Below are positions 48,901 through 61,519 of a stretch of 64,000 bases of DNA, piece after piece. The notes under the pieces were generated by a model. It saw only the letters and a program-made list of their open reading frames with translations. It was not told the origin of the DNA and made no database searches. This DNA comes from Squalus acanthias (taxonomy: Eukaryota). Location: contig CM059432.1 in the NCBI GenBank assembly GCA_030390025.1, forward strand, positions 19,966,001 through 20,030,000, given 5' to 3'. Position numbers and translations under genes: made by a program. The number at the start of each line of letters is the position of its first letter. The first letter of the stretch is position 1.

Positions 48901-51900
48901 AGGGAGGGTGGCTGTGATCGGGAGGGAGGGAGGCTGTGATCAGGAGGGAGGGTGGCTGTGATCGGGGAGGGTAGGTAGCAGTGATCGGGAGGGAGGGTAG
49001 CTGTGATCGGGAGGGAGGATGGCTGTGATCGGGAGGGAGGGTGGCTGTGATCGGGAGGGAGGGTAGCTGTGATCGGGCGGGAGGGTAGCTGTGATCGGGA
49101 GGGAGGGAGGGTAGCTGTGATCGGGAGGGAGGATGGCTGTGATCGGGAGGGAGGGTAGCTGTGATCGGGAGGGAGGGTAGCTGTGATCGGGAGGGAGGGT
49201 AGCTGTGATCGGGAGGGAGGGTAGCTGTGATCGGGAGGGAGGGTAGCTGTGATCGGGAGGGAGGATGGCTGTGATCGGGAGGGAGGGTAGCTGTGATCGG
49301 GAGGGTCGCTGTGATCGGGAGGGAGGGTGGCTGTGATCGGGAGGGAGGGTAGCTGTGATCGGGAGGGAGGGTAGCTGTGATCGGGAGGGAGGGTAGCTGT
49401 GATCGGGAGGGAGGGAGGGTCGCTGTGATCGGGAGGGAGGGTGGCTGTGATCGGGAGGGAGGATGGCTGTGATCGGGAGGGAGGATGGCTGTGATCGGGA
49501 GGGAGGGTAGCTGTGATCGGGCGGGAGGGTAGCTGTGATCGGGAGGGAGGGTGGCTGTGATCGGGCGGGAGGGTAGCTGTGATCGGGAGGGAGGGAGGGT
49601 AGCTGTGATCGGGAGGGAGGGTAGCTGTGATCGGGAGGGTGGGTAGCTGTGATCGGGAGGGAGGGAGGCTGTGATCGGGCGGGAGGGTAGCTGTGATCGG
49701 GAGGGAGGGTGGCTGTGATCGGGAGGGAGGGTGGCTGTGATCGGGAGGGAGGGTAGCTGTGATCGGGAGGGAGGGAGGGTAGCTGTGATCGGGAGGGAGG
49801 GAGGGTAGCTGTGATCGGGAGGGAGGGTAGCTGTGATCGGGAGGGAGGGTAGCTGTGATCGGGAGGGAGGGTAGCTGTGATCGGGAGGGAGGGAGGGTAG
49901 CTGTGATCGGGAGGGAGGGTGGCTGTGATCGGGAGGGAGGGTGGCTGTGATCGGGAGGGAGGGTAGCTGTGATCGGGAGGGAGGGTGGCTGTAATCGGGA
50001 GGGAGGGAGGGTAGCTGTGATCGGGAGGGAGGGAGGGTAGCTGTGATCGGGAGGGAGGGAGGGTGGCTGTGATCGGGAGGGAGGGTGGCTGTGATCGGGA
50101 GGGAGGGAGGGTGGCTGTGATCGGGAGGGAGGGAGGGTGGCTGTGATCGGGAGGGAGGGAGGGTGGCTGTGATCGGGAGGGAGGGTGGCTGTGATCGGGA
50201 GGGAGGGAGGGTGTGATCAGGAGGGAGGGTCGCTGTGATCAGGAGGGAGGGTCGCTGTGATCGGGAGGGAGGGTGGCTGTGATCAGGAGGGAGGGTCGCT
50301 GTGATCGGGAGGGAGGGTGGCTGTGATCAGGAGGGAGGGTCGCTGTGATCGGGAGGGTCGCTGTGATCGGGAAGGAGGGTAGCAGTGATCGGGAGGGAGG
50401 GTAGCAGTGATCGGGAAGGAGGGTAGCAGTGATCGGGAGGGAGGGTAGCAGTGATCGGGTGGGAGGGTAGCAGTGATCGGGTGGGAGGGTAGCAGTGATC
50501 GGGTGGGAGGGTAGCAGTGATCGGGAGGGTAGCTGTGATCGGGAGGGAGGGTAGCAGTGATCGGGAGGGAGGGTAGCAGTGATCGGGAGGGAGGGTAGCA
50601 GTGATCGGGAGGGAGGGTAGCAGTGATCGGGAGGGAGGGTAGCAGTGATCGGGAGGGAGGGTAGCAGTGATCGGGAGGGAGGGTAGCAGTGATCGGGAGG
50701 GAGGGTAGCAGTGATCGGGAGGGAGGGTAGCTGTGATCGGGAGGGAGGGTAGCAGTGATCGGGAGGGAGGGTAGCTGTGATCGGGAGGGAGGGTGGCTGT
50801 GATCGGGAGGGAGGGTCGCTGTGATCGGGAGGGAGGGTAGCAGTGATCGGGAGGGAGGGTAGCTGTGATCGGGAGGGAGGGTAGCAGTGATCGGGTGGGA
50901 GGGTAGCTGTGATCGGGAGGGAGGGTGGCTGTGATCGGGAGGGTGGCTGTGATCGGGAGGGAGGGTAGCTGTGATCGGGAGGGAGGGTAGCAGTGATCGG
51001 GAGGGAGGGTAGCTGTGATCGGGAGGGAGGGTAGCAGTGATCGGGAGGGAGGGTGGCTGTGATCGGGTGGGAGGGTAGCTGTGATCGGGAGGGAGGGTAG
51101 CTGTGATCGGGAGGGTAGCAGTGATCGGGAGGGAGGGAGGGTAGCAGTGATCGGGAGGGAGGGAGGGTAGCAGTGATCGGGAGGGAGGGTGGCTGTGATC
51201 GGGAGGGAGGGAGGGTCGCTGTGATCGGGAGGGAGGGAGGGTAGCTGTGATCGGGAGGGAGGGAGGGTAGCTGTGATCGGGAGGGAGGGAGGGTAGCTGT
51301 GATCGGGAGGGAGGGAGGGTAGCTGTGATCGGGAGGGTCGCTGTGATCGGGAGGGAGGGTAGCTGTGATCGGGAGGGAGGGAGGGTAGCAGTGATCGGGA
51401 GGGAGGGTAGCAGTGATCGGGAGGGAGGGTAGCAGTGATCGGGAAGGAGGGTAGCAGTGATCGGGTGGGAGGGTAGCAGTGATCGGGAAGGAGGGTAGCA
51501 GTGATCGGGTGGGAGGGTAGCAGTGATCGGGAGGGTAGCAGTGATCGGGAGGGAGGGTAGCAGTGATCGGGAGGGTAGCAGTGATCGGGAGGGAGGGTAG
51601 CTGTGATCGGGAGGGAGGGAGGGTAGCAGTGATCGGGAGGGAGGGTAGCAGTGATCGGGAGGGAGGGTAGCTGTGATCGGGAGGGAGGGTAGCTGTGATC
51701 GGGAGGGAGGGTAGCTGTGATCGGGAGGGAGGGTAGCTGTGATCGGGAGGGAGGGTAGCAGTGATCGGGTGGGAGGGTAGCTGTGATCGGGAGGGAGGGT
51801 AGCTGTGATCGGGAGGGAGGGTAGCAGTGATCGGGTGGGAGGGAGGGTAGCAGTGATCGGGAGGGAGGGTAGCAGTGATCGGGAGGGAGGGTAGCAGTGA

Positions 51901-52856
51901 TCGGGAGGGAGGGTAGCTGTGATCGGGAGGGAGGGTTGCAGTGATCAGGAGGGAGGGTAGCTGTGATCGGGAGGGAGGGTAGCAGTGATCGGGTGGGAGG
52001 GTAGCTGTGATCGGGAGGGAGGGTGGCTGTGATCGGGAGGGAGGGTAGCTGTGATCGGGAGGGAGGGTAGCAGTGATCGGGAGGGAGGGTAGCTGTGATC
52101 GGGAGGGAGGGTAGCTGTGATCGGGAGGGAGGGTAGCAGTGATCGGGTGGGAGGGTAGCTGTGATCGGGAGGGAGGGTAGCTGTGATCGGGAGGGAGGGT
52201 AGCAGTGATCGGGTGGGAGGGAGGGTAGCAGTGATCGGGAGGGAGGGTAGCAGTGATCGGGAGGGAGGGTAGCAGTGATCGGGAGGGAGGGTAGCTGTGA
52301 TCGGGAGGGAGGGTTGCAGTGATCAGGAGGGAGGGTAGCTGTGATCGGGAGGGAGGGTAGCAGTGATCGGGTGGGAGGGTAGCTGTGATCGGGAGGGAGG
52401 GTAGCTGTGATCGGGAGGGTTGCAGTGATCAGGAGGGAGGGTAGCTGTGATCGGGAGGGAGGGTAGCAGTGATCGGGTGGGAGGGTAGCTGTGATCGGGA
52501 GGGAGGGTAGCAGTGATCGGGAGGGTCGCTGTGATCGGGAGGGAGGGAGGGTAGCAGTGATCGGGAGGGAGGGTAGCAGTGATCGGGTGGGAGGGTAGCT
52601 GTGATCGGGAGGGAGGGTAGCAGTGATCGGGTGGGAGGGTAGCTGTGATCGGGAGGGAGGGTAGCAGTGATCAGGTGGGAGGGTAGCTGTGATCGGGAGG
52701 GAGGGTAGCAGTGATCGGGAGGGAGGGCAGCAGTGATCGGGAGGGTCGCTGTGATCGGGAGGGTAGCAGTGATCGGGAGGGAGGGTAGCTGTGATCGGGA
52801 GGGAGGGTAGCAGTGATCGGGAGGGAGGGCGGCTGTGATCGGGTGGGAGGGTAGCG
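45911..52856 (+). repeat. ~6.9 kb G-rich minisatellite, unit GGGAGGGAGGGT(G/A)GC(T/A)GTGATC (22 bp; 18 and 26 bp variants)
   Basis: Continuous tandem units; length variants differ by one GGGA. Confidence 0.97.
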
Positions 52857-53367
52857 GCAGAAATCAGGGAGGGCAGCGGTAGCGATAGCGATTCTGGAGG
52901 GTGGCGGTGGCGAAGGGCGGGGAGCAGTAGGCAGCAGCAACCCGCTTGGTTTGAATGTGGAGCCGAGGGGAAGAGCACACCCTCCCTGCTCCACATTTAG
53001 GGGTGTATATTTTAAACACTTACCTTGTTGGTTGGAGCCTGCAGCGATCCCTTTAAGGACGGACTGCCTATTAGGCCGCATGTAGAACTGGTTTCCCTGA
53101 ACACAGCTGACCCAGTGCCGGCTGCATTCAACCTAATACTGCAGAGGGGCCTTCAAACAGGCATTAGGCCCTTAATTTGAATATGCAAAGGGCCTAACAT
53201 GTGTTTCAAGCTTGGACTCTGGACCCCTATTTTTGGGCCTTTACCAATATGGCGGGCAACGCATTTCCGGCTTGTAATGAGCGTATGCTTCTTACCCGCC
53301 ATTTTGAAAGCTTAGGGGCCCATTTAGCGCCCGCAAAAATAGGCCCACACCATCCAAGTTCTAGGCC
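52857..53367 (-). mobile_element. MITE-like element end adjoining minisatellite 3
   Basis: Terminus GGCCTAGAACTT on the minus strand; 53140-53345 is homologous to 3245-3445. Confidence 0.65.
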
Positions 53368-54213
53368 AATGAGTTAAGACACAAAACTAGAAGGTAGAAG
53401 GGAAATTTGTTTTTAAGGCACTGAATCAATAATTCTACTGTGCCTTTAAAAAGATGCAAATTACACTCATTAAACATATGATGAATAATGTACACGAGTC
53501 CTCATGAGCCACTAAAAGCTGAAGGTCTAATTACAGCTGCATCTTTATTAGGGACACATTACGCATTGTATTATTAGTACAAGGCTCAATGCAGCAAAGG
53601 TAATAACATTATATAAAAAGATTATCCGAGTGACTTCAATCTGTATGTCGCACACATTTTCTCAAACTGACGAATTAAAGCACGTACGTACTTTTTACGT
53701 CGTACATCCTGAAACTACTGTGAGGTTCTTCAGCAGCCCAAGCAAGATTGTCTTGGAGAGTTCCAAGGAAGCAATTGCTCTGTTGGAAATCTATATTTCA
53801 GTCCTTAACAGGGAGGACCAGCTGATGTCTGCTGAGCAGCACCAAAAGCTTTCTAAACCTGCAAACGCTGAAGAAACCCTCAAAGGGTTAAATATATAAC
53901 ACACGCAGACTTGGAACTGCCTCTCTGCCCGCACTTGGCTACAAGTTTTGCTAAAGATGAAGTACTGCATAAAACTCTCACACTGTGCCCATGCTGTTGT
54001 TCCTCACAGATATTCTGTCTGTTCTCAGTTACTCTGTAGAAAATCTAGGACATCTCGCGTGAGGTGATGAGACTGTGCCTGCATCTGCCTCTATCCCTTT
54101 CTGAGGGAATTTTTTCCTGAATGCCCCAGTACCAAATGCATATTCAGCGCAGTGCCATGCTGCACCGAGCGAGAGAGAGAGAGAGAGAGAGAGAGTGAGT
54201 GAGTCTAGGTCCC

Positions 54214-54446
54214 CTCCCCTCCAAGTCACACACCATCCTGACTTGGAAATATATCGCCGTTCCTTCCTCGTCACTGGGTCAAAATCCTGGAACTCCCTCC
54301 CTAACAGCACTGTGGGAGTACTTTCACCACACGGACTGCAGCGGTTCAAGAAGGTGGCGCACCACCACCTTCTCGAGGGCAATTAGGGATAGGCAATAAA
54401 TGCTGGCCTTGCCAGCGACACCCACATCCCAGGAACAAATTTAAAA
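54214..54446 (+). mobile_element. Short 3' fragment of the 33566-36970 LINE family
   Basis: QVTHHPDLEIYRRSFLVTGSKSWNSLPN...HHHLLEGN; a similar fragment lies at 25813-25921 (-). Confidence 0.85.
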
Positions 54447-56899
54447 TAAACAGCAATTCCTGGTGCACTGAGGTCCCAACCAAGCAAAATGGAGAATACA
54501 GATCCATTCAGCCATATATTTCCGAACTTTCCAAAACCTTTATGTCAAAAGCAAGTCCTTTAAAAATGATTCTGACCACAAAGTTCAAAAGGTTGGAATA
54601 ATGTCCTGTCAATCATGAGCAAGTGGCTATTATCGATGTAAAAGCCTTTTGACAGCAGCCACTCTTAAATCATGTATAGAAAGAAAAATCGGGATATCTT
54701 TTCTTAGACAACATTTTATTACAATCTCCCATTATTCATAAATATGGATGTGTGAATATTCCTTTGAGTATATAACAATATTAAATATGCATATACTTCA
54801 GTCACCTAATGTTAGAGCAAGTTTGGTTAATAGTTTATGTACTGCATGCATGAAGATTATTTGCAATGACACAAAGGCTTTCTAAAATAAACCCATGGGT
54901 TCTATTCATCAAACAACAGGGATTAACAGAAATTCACTTTCACCATGCCGAACAGATTCCAAAATGGCTTTAGAAGTCGGTTACTTTTCAGCAGCTCGAG
55001 CCTGTATCAAGTATTCCGTCATCCGCAATACTGTGCATTTTTCAACAAAAGTAAACTTTTCTACTCCTATCTCAGAAAGTTGTTAATACAAACACTGTAG
55101 AACATCGATTTGCCTATGTGACTGAAGTGAATAAGCACAGCAGCTTACTCTCAACGTAAAATAAAATATATAGTCGGACCCTGACTTACTGAACCCTGGA
55201 TGTCCATAGTGCCTGTGTATCAATGTTTCCCAGTCAGATGCTGCACTCACCAGGCATGTGCCAAGTGCCTCTCTTCGCCTGTCTGACTGTGGAGGACATT
55301 ACTAGCACAGTTAGTTATCAGCTGGTCTCACATCATTTATCTGGATGTGGTACCGGGGCTGTTTCAAATTTTAAACAACTTGCATTTACTGTATATAGCA
55401 CCTTTAACGTAGTAAAACATCCCAAGGCACCTCACAGGAGAGATTATCAAACAAAATTTGACATCGAGCCACATAAGGAGATATTAGGACAGGTGAAAGA
55501 GGTTGGTTTTAAGGAGGATCTTAAAGGAGAAGAGAGGTCGAGAGGCGGAGAGGTTTAGGGAGGGAATTCCAGAGCTTAGGGCTTAGGCAGCTGAAGGCAC
55601 GTTAGCAATAGTGGAGCGATTAAAATCAGGGATGCGCAAGAGGCCAGAATTGGAGGAGCGCAGAGATCTCGGAAGATTGTAGGGCAGGAGAAGGTTACAC
55701 AGATAATGAGGCCATGGAGGGATTTGAAAACAAGGATGAGAATTTTAAAATCGAGGCATTGCTGGACCAGGCGCCAATGTAGGTCATAGAGCACTCCTAA
55801 GTCTGAATTAAAGAGCACAACTTGATTGCAATTCCTCGGCCTACAAGTTGCTAAATACAACAAATGCGTTGTTTTAATTAATGTGACTCAACATTTCCAT
55901 GTCCTTGTTAATGGCATCATAATGAATATACGCAAGCTGAACAGATTATTGTGGCACATTCCCACTTAGCTGCAACCTCCTCCCCCTAACCCCTGTTCCC
56001 TCAACTGAATCCAAGAACCCATGCTTTATCTACGGCACTTCATCTCACTGCAGCACAGCTTACCAGAGAGTGTTTGAACAGAAGGGACTAAAATCTGCAA
56101 ATGGTCAACCTGTTGATACTACCGGCTCATGTTAAGTGAGATGGTTCTTCCACAGTGACACAGAAAAGGCAGGCTTTTATAAAGGTGTACATTGCTACCT
56201 CTTTGAAATATCAGAGCAGTTGATGCAATACCTGCCGACAGCTCCCTGAGTAATAAAGTAGAAAAAGTTCACATGATGGAATCGGGCCCGAGTGTGACCC
56301 TCAGAGGGAGCGTACTTGCAGGTTATGCACTAAATCTATTTTCTGCCAACACTTTTTTGATACCTCGACTCCAGAGAAACTACACAGCAAAATCAAAGTA
56401 AAATCATTAACAACCAACAGTGACTCCATTTTAGTCCAGGGGGAAAAGCAGCCTCGTAAATTACAATGCGCTAATGGCACAAAGCCAGTTGCCAGCAAGC
56501 TGTAACCATGCCAACATGTGTAAGTGTGTGTGTGTGTGTGTGTTGGTGGAACGACGGGATGGAATGAGTTTGCAAAAATTGATAACTATGCATATATATC
56601 TCATGCTTTTGAATACTGCTCTCTCATTCCTCCCACCTGCTCTACATAGTCCCTATTTCCTCACTGTGTTGAAATCAAGACTCACTGAACTATCGCCTAC
56701 TCTAAATCACTCTTTCCCAGGACCTCAAAACTGCAGAACTCCTTACTGCTCACAGTCCTCCTTCCTAAAATCTTTATACTTTTAAAACCTAAGCTTGGGT
56801 CACCTTACCGCTACTTCTTCACAAGATAAGTGTGGGTCAGCAATGCCTTTGAGCTCATTTAATCATGTCTTTCCAACCCTTCCATCTTCCCATTATAGC

Positions 56900-59330
56900 A
56901 TCTGAATCCAGTGGTCTGGCTTCAATCACCCTTCCTGACAACTCTCACTGTAAAGAAATGTTTCTCAGTATTGTAATCAATGCTGAAATTGTGCTCCATT
57001 GTTCTGATATTCTGGCATATCTGAATGCACTGTTTTGGCCTTAGTTTCTTTATCCCAATAAATATCATACATTAGGTCTCTACTGAATATATGATATTTT
57101 TTGTGGCTGAAGAGCCTAGCCTATCAAGTCATCCCTCACAAGTCATTCCTCAAACACTGGGAATCAGTCTTGTTGCTGTCCTTTCTGATCTTTTCTCTAG
57201 GAGCAGGATGTCATGGTAACCAGACTGTATGCCATACTCCAAGTGTCACCTGACTAGAGCTTTGTGCTGCAGCACCATGACTTCCATGGATTTGAACTCA
57301 ACTGATATAATCCAGGATCCTATTTGTTTTGTTTATTGCCAACCCACTCTGTGTGGACACAATGAGCAAAATGTCAACTACCACCACTGGGGCTCTTTCA
57401 ATTTCCACTTGGCAAGATTGATCCCACCCATAGATTACATCTGCCTCCTACTTTTACCCCCAATATGCAATATTTTGCATTTGTCTTTATTAAACTTCAT
57501 TCACCCCGATTAGGCCAAATGTAAATGCTGTAAGATCTTGGCTGTCTCTGCTAAGTTCATAGCTTGGTGTCAACTGAAAGTTTAACTACCTTGAATTTAG
57601 AGTGCACATACAGGTCATTTATGTACGCCGAGAACAGGAGAGGCCCCAGCACTGAATCCTAGGGGCAACTCCATTGAATAGTTCCCCAGATTTTTACTGA
57701 GCACCGCTTATGACTACACTCTGCTTTCATCCCTTTAACCTGTTCCATATCCGCGTCTTACCTTGATTCTCACGTGAGCTTGGTCAGGCAAGAGATACCC
57801 CTTTTGAAGACATGTTGGCTGCGATTCACGAAGTCATTTTCAAATCGATGCTCTTCCAATTTGATTCTGATTATCAATTCAACCGTTTTCAGGGTAATGG
57901 GTCTTGATATTCCCAGATAGGGCTCTGTTGCCCTTCATGAAAACGAGACCTACCTTTACCTGTTGCCAGTCTGTTAGAATCTGTCCACTGCTCAATGATA
58001 GAGGCCCTGATTTTAACTCCAGGTGGATTCCCCGCTCGGGCCCGAGTTAAAATTACAGTCGGGTCTCAATGATGTCATCGGGCCGCAACGTGCATGCGTA
58101 AAGAAAGACCCTGTTGGCTCCGGGTGTGTGTCCTCGCTGCCTGCTCAGCAGAGCAGGTTAAAACTGCAGATATTGCGATCATGGCGGCTTTCTAACAGGT
58201 AAGAACCAGGGTGATTTTAACTGCCCACCGGCGAGGTTTCTGCTGAGTGAGTAGGGTTAAAATCGCCCCCATATAGGAATGTTTCAAAAATCTCCTCCTT
58301 GTCAAGATACCCTACCTCACTAATGTCAAAATCATGTTGGATGATATATTGTTGGTGTCCTCTCTGATCAAAACCTCCAAGAAGTCATTTTGCATGTTTA
58401 CTATATTCTGCTCATCCTCATTTATAATTCTATATGGGGCTCTAGGGGTTTTAACTTCCTCCCAACTGCCCTCTTATAGGCTGGCATAGTATTCGAAGAA
58501 CTTTGTATCTGCTGCTATGTGCCTTTCAAATTCTCTTAGCATCCCTAATCTGTATATGACCTGCATCTGGATCATCCTGTGCCCAGTGGTCATCCTCTAC
58601 AATCTCCCCATCGCTTGGTAAGTTGTTTTTTTAATGTTCCTTTCAATTCCTCTGTTGATCTATTTCTGGGCATTTTTGCTCTCTTAACTTTGCTGCAGTT
58701 GTGCGATATTTCCAGCATGACGTTTTTGAAGAATCCCCTCCCATTGACGTTACTAGGCTCAGCATTCACCTTTATGTTTGTCTATCTGAAATTACATCCT
58801 GGGATTTGGTTTCTTACTTCCCAGGTTAGATTGAAGGTTATCACGCTGTGTTCACTATCACACCTGCTCCCTGAATAGTGCCTGGATCACTCCCAAGAAC
58901 CAAGGCTAGGAGAGGGATGCCTCTCATGGCTGACTGAGTCAGAAAGCAGTCATGTATGACATTGATAAACCCAGGGACCTTCACACTTGAGTATCTTCAG
59001 TTTATGTTGGGCGAGCTGAAGTTCCCCGTCAGTGCTCTTTTCCTGGTCTCACTCGCTCTTTTAACATCACATAAAGTGCTGAGTTGTTCTAATTTTGGCT
59101 TGGTAGCAAGCCCCAAATATCGTCTGGGTTCTTTTCTCATTAAACACATATAGCCAGAGAATTTTACGTCACAGCTTTTCTGCAGTGCTGGGTCAACCAC
59201 CTAAACTCCCTCTTCTCCTTTACGTAAAAGGTAACCTCAGCTAACTTTCCTGTCCTCCCCATCCTTCCTGACGATCTATATCCACGTCCATCATCCTGTG
59301 TTAAACTCGTTTCTGTAACTGATGTTCTTC
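56900..59330 (-). mobile_element. Highly decayed CR1-type LINE (RT and endonuclease remnants)
   Basis: Patchy CR1-like sequence (gccatactccaagtg..., ggccccagcactga.cc..ggggcaactcc, GNFSSPNIN) interrupted by a MITE. Confidence 0.5.
58003..58270. mobile_element. Harbinger-like MITE
   Basis: GGCCCTGATTTTAAC / GTTAAAATCGCCCC termini; homologous to 12460-12658. Confidence 0.65.
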
Positions 59331-60106
59331 GTCTTCTCTCCTGCTCTTTTCAACCTTGGTGATGTCCTGCACTATTGGCCTTGGTTGTTCACCTAGGTTA
59401 CTTCATTTAAAATCTATTCCTGTTGATATAAATCACATTAAGTGCCGTTCAGGTAGTATCTCAAGTACTGAGTTACTCTATGTCCCCAGCACCAATATAC
59501 TTCCAATCCAAGCATCTCACCCGAAAGATTTTTTTATGCAAAACATAACTGCAATGATTTTCTCCAATGATGCTGTGGTGCAGGCTCTTGTTCAGTGCTT
59601 GAAATTGAACGTGCCAGATTGACTTGAGCAGCTCCTTTTAAGGACAGCGATGCTAATTTCTCCTGACTAGCTGTGCAATCAGCTGTGATATTCCCCCTTC
59701 CCTTCTGTTTTGTCGGTCCTAGAAAGGGGATTAACCAGTTTGACCATTCTGTTCTGGCTGAAGGTTCCCATCTGAACAATGAACCAATCTTTCTCTTTCA
59801 GACACTAATTTGTGAAGTATTTTTGCTCAGCTCTCCCCCTCCTCACCACACCCTGAACCGGGGTGAGGGGTGGGGGGGGTGAAATTATATTGCTATGTAT
59901 AACGATGTGTAGCTGGATCATTGGACTTAAGGTAGCAGGTGCAGGACACGCACACTCTTTTGCTGTTTTCCCAGGGTTTCCACGGCCAAGGTTACAGCAT
60001 TTGAGTGGGAAAACTTGCGCAGAAGTTCACTCACCCGCCTTGTGTCTGGCCAGATGTTTCAGGGAGAGGACCAAATCGCTCAATTCAAATACATGTATCT
60101 TATATA

Positions 60107-61147
60107 TGTGGTGGTTGGAGGTCAATCATCACAGCCCCAGGACATCGCTGCAGGACTTCCTCAGGGCAGTGTCCGAGGCCCTACCATCTTCAGCTGCTTC
60201 ATCAATGATCTTCCCTCCATCATAAGGTCAGAAATGGGGATGTTCGCTGATGATTGCACAGTGTTCAGTGCCATTCGCAACTCCTCAGATAATGAAGCAG
60301 TCTGTGCCCGCATGCAGCAAGACCTGGACGTCATTCAGGTTTGGGCTGATAAGTGGCAGGTAACATTCGCGCCACACAAGTGCCAAGCAATGACTATCTC
60401 CAACAAGCGAGAGTCTAACCACCGCCACTTGACATTCAATGACACTACCATTGCCTAATCCCACACCATCAATATCCTGGAGATCACCATTGACCAGAAA
60501 CTTAACTGGACCAGCCACATAAATACTGTGGCAACAAGAGCAGGTCGGAGGCTGGGTATTCTGCGGCGAGTGTCTCACCTCCTGACTCCCCAAAGCCTTT
60601 CCACCATCTACAAGGCACAAGTAAGGAGTGTGATGGAATACTCTCCACTTGCCTGGATGAGTGCAGCTCGAACAACACTCAAGAAGCTCGACATCATCCA
60701 GGACAAAGCAGCCCGCTTGATTGGCACCCCATCCACCACCTTAAACATTCACTCCCTCCACCACCGGCGTACCGTGACTGCAGTGTGTACCATCTACAAG
60801 ATGCACAGCAGCAACTCACCAAGGCTTCTTCGGCAGCACCTCCCAAACCCGCGACCTCTACCACCTAGAAGGACAAGGGCAGCAGGCGCATGGGAACACC
60901 ACCACCTCCAAGTTCCCCTACAAGTCACACACCATCTTGACTTAGAAGTATATCGCCGATCCTTCATCGTCGCTGGGTCAAAATCCTGGAACTCCCTACC
61001 TAACAGCACAGTGGGAGTACCTTCACCACACGGACTGCAGCGGTTCAAGAAGGTGGCTCACCACCACCTTCTCAAGGGCAACTAGGGATGGGCAATAAAT
61101 GGTGGCACTGCCAGCGACGCACACATCCCAGGAATGAATTTTATAAA
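60107..61147 (+). mobile_element. 5'-truncated copy of the 33566-36970 LINE family (RT C-terminal half)
   Basis: GLPQGSVRGPTIFSCFINDLP...MFADD...HHHLLKGN; one internal stop. Confidence 0.9.
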
Positions 61148-61519
61148 ATCTGTTTTACTTGCATTGACAGGTCTTTTCAAGTTTAAAAGGCGCTCATCTA
61201 AAATATTATTGGTCCCTGCCATTTCCTTGTGAAAACTATTCTTCAGTCTGTCTTGTTCACGTTGTGTGATCCAACTTAAGCCAGCGAGAGAGATAAGCTA
61301 GAAAGACTTCACGGACACTCAGCAACAAAGTGCCATATAGAGATTACTATTCATGGATCTTGTGTCCGGTCCAGTTTACATTGCAGTTTAGCATAGCCAG
61401 CAAAACTGTTTGCTACTTTCCATCTTCCAAGGAAAGATAATTAAGGCTGCAACTACTGCAATTAGTGAGCCATCGTTACAACATTGATTACACTTCAAAG
61501 GTACTGCAATGGCTGTAAA

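Noticed and set aside
3592..52856. CRISPR-like or telomeric interpretation of the arrays
   Set aside because: No unique spacers, no cas genes and no TTAGGG; vertebrate context.
50327..52996. 889-aa minus-strand ORF
   Set aside because: Translation of the 22-bp tandem repeat.
61200..61275. Minus-strand peptide QREQDRLKNSFHKEM resembling the syntaxin Hc helix (LDRLK)
   Set aside because: Similarity is only a few residues, with no good donor and a doubtful acceptor phase.
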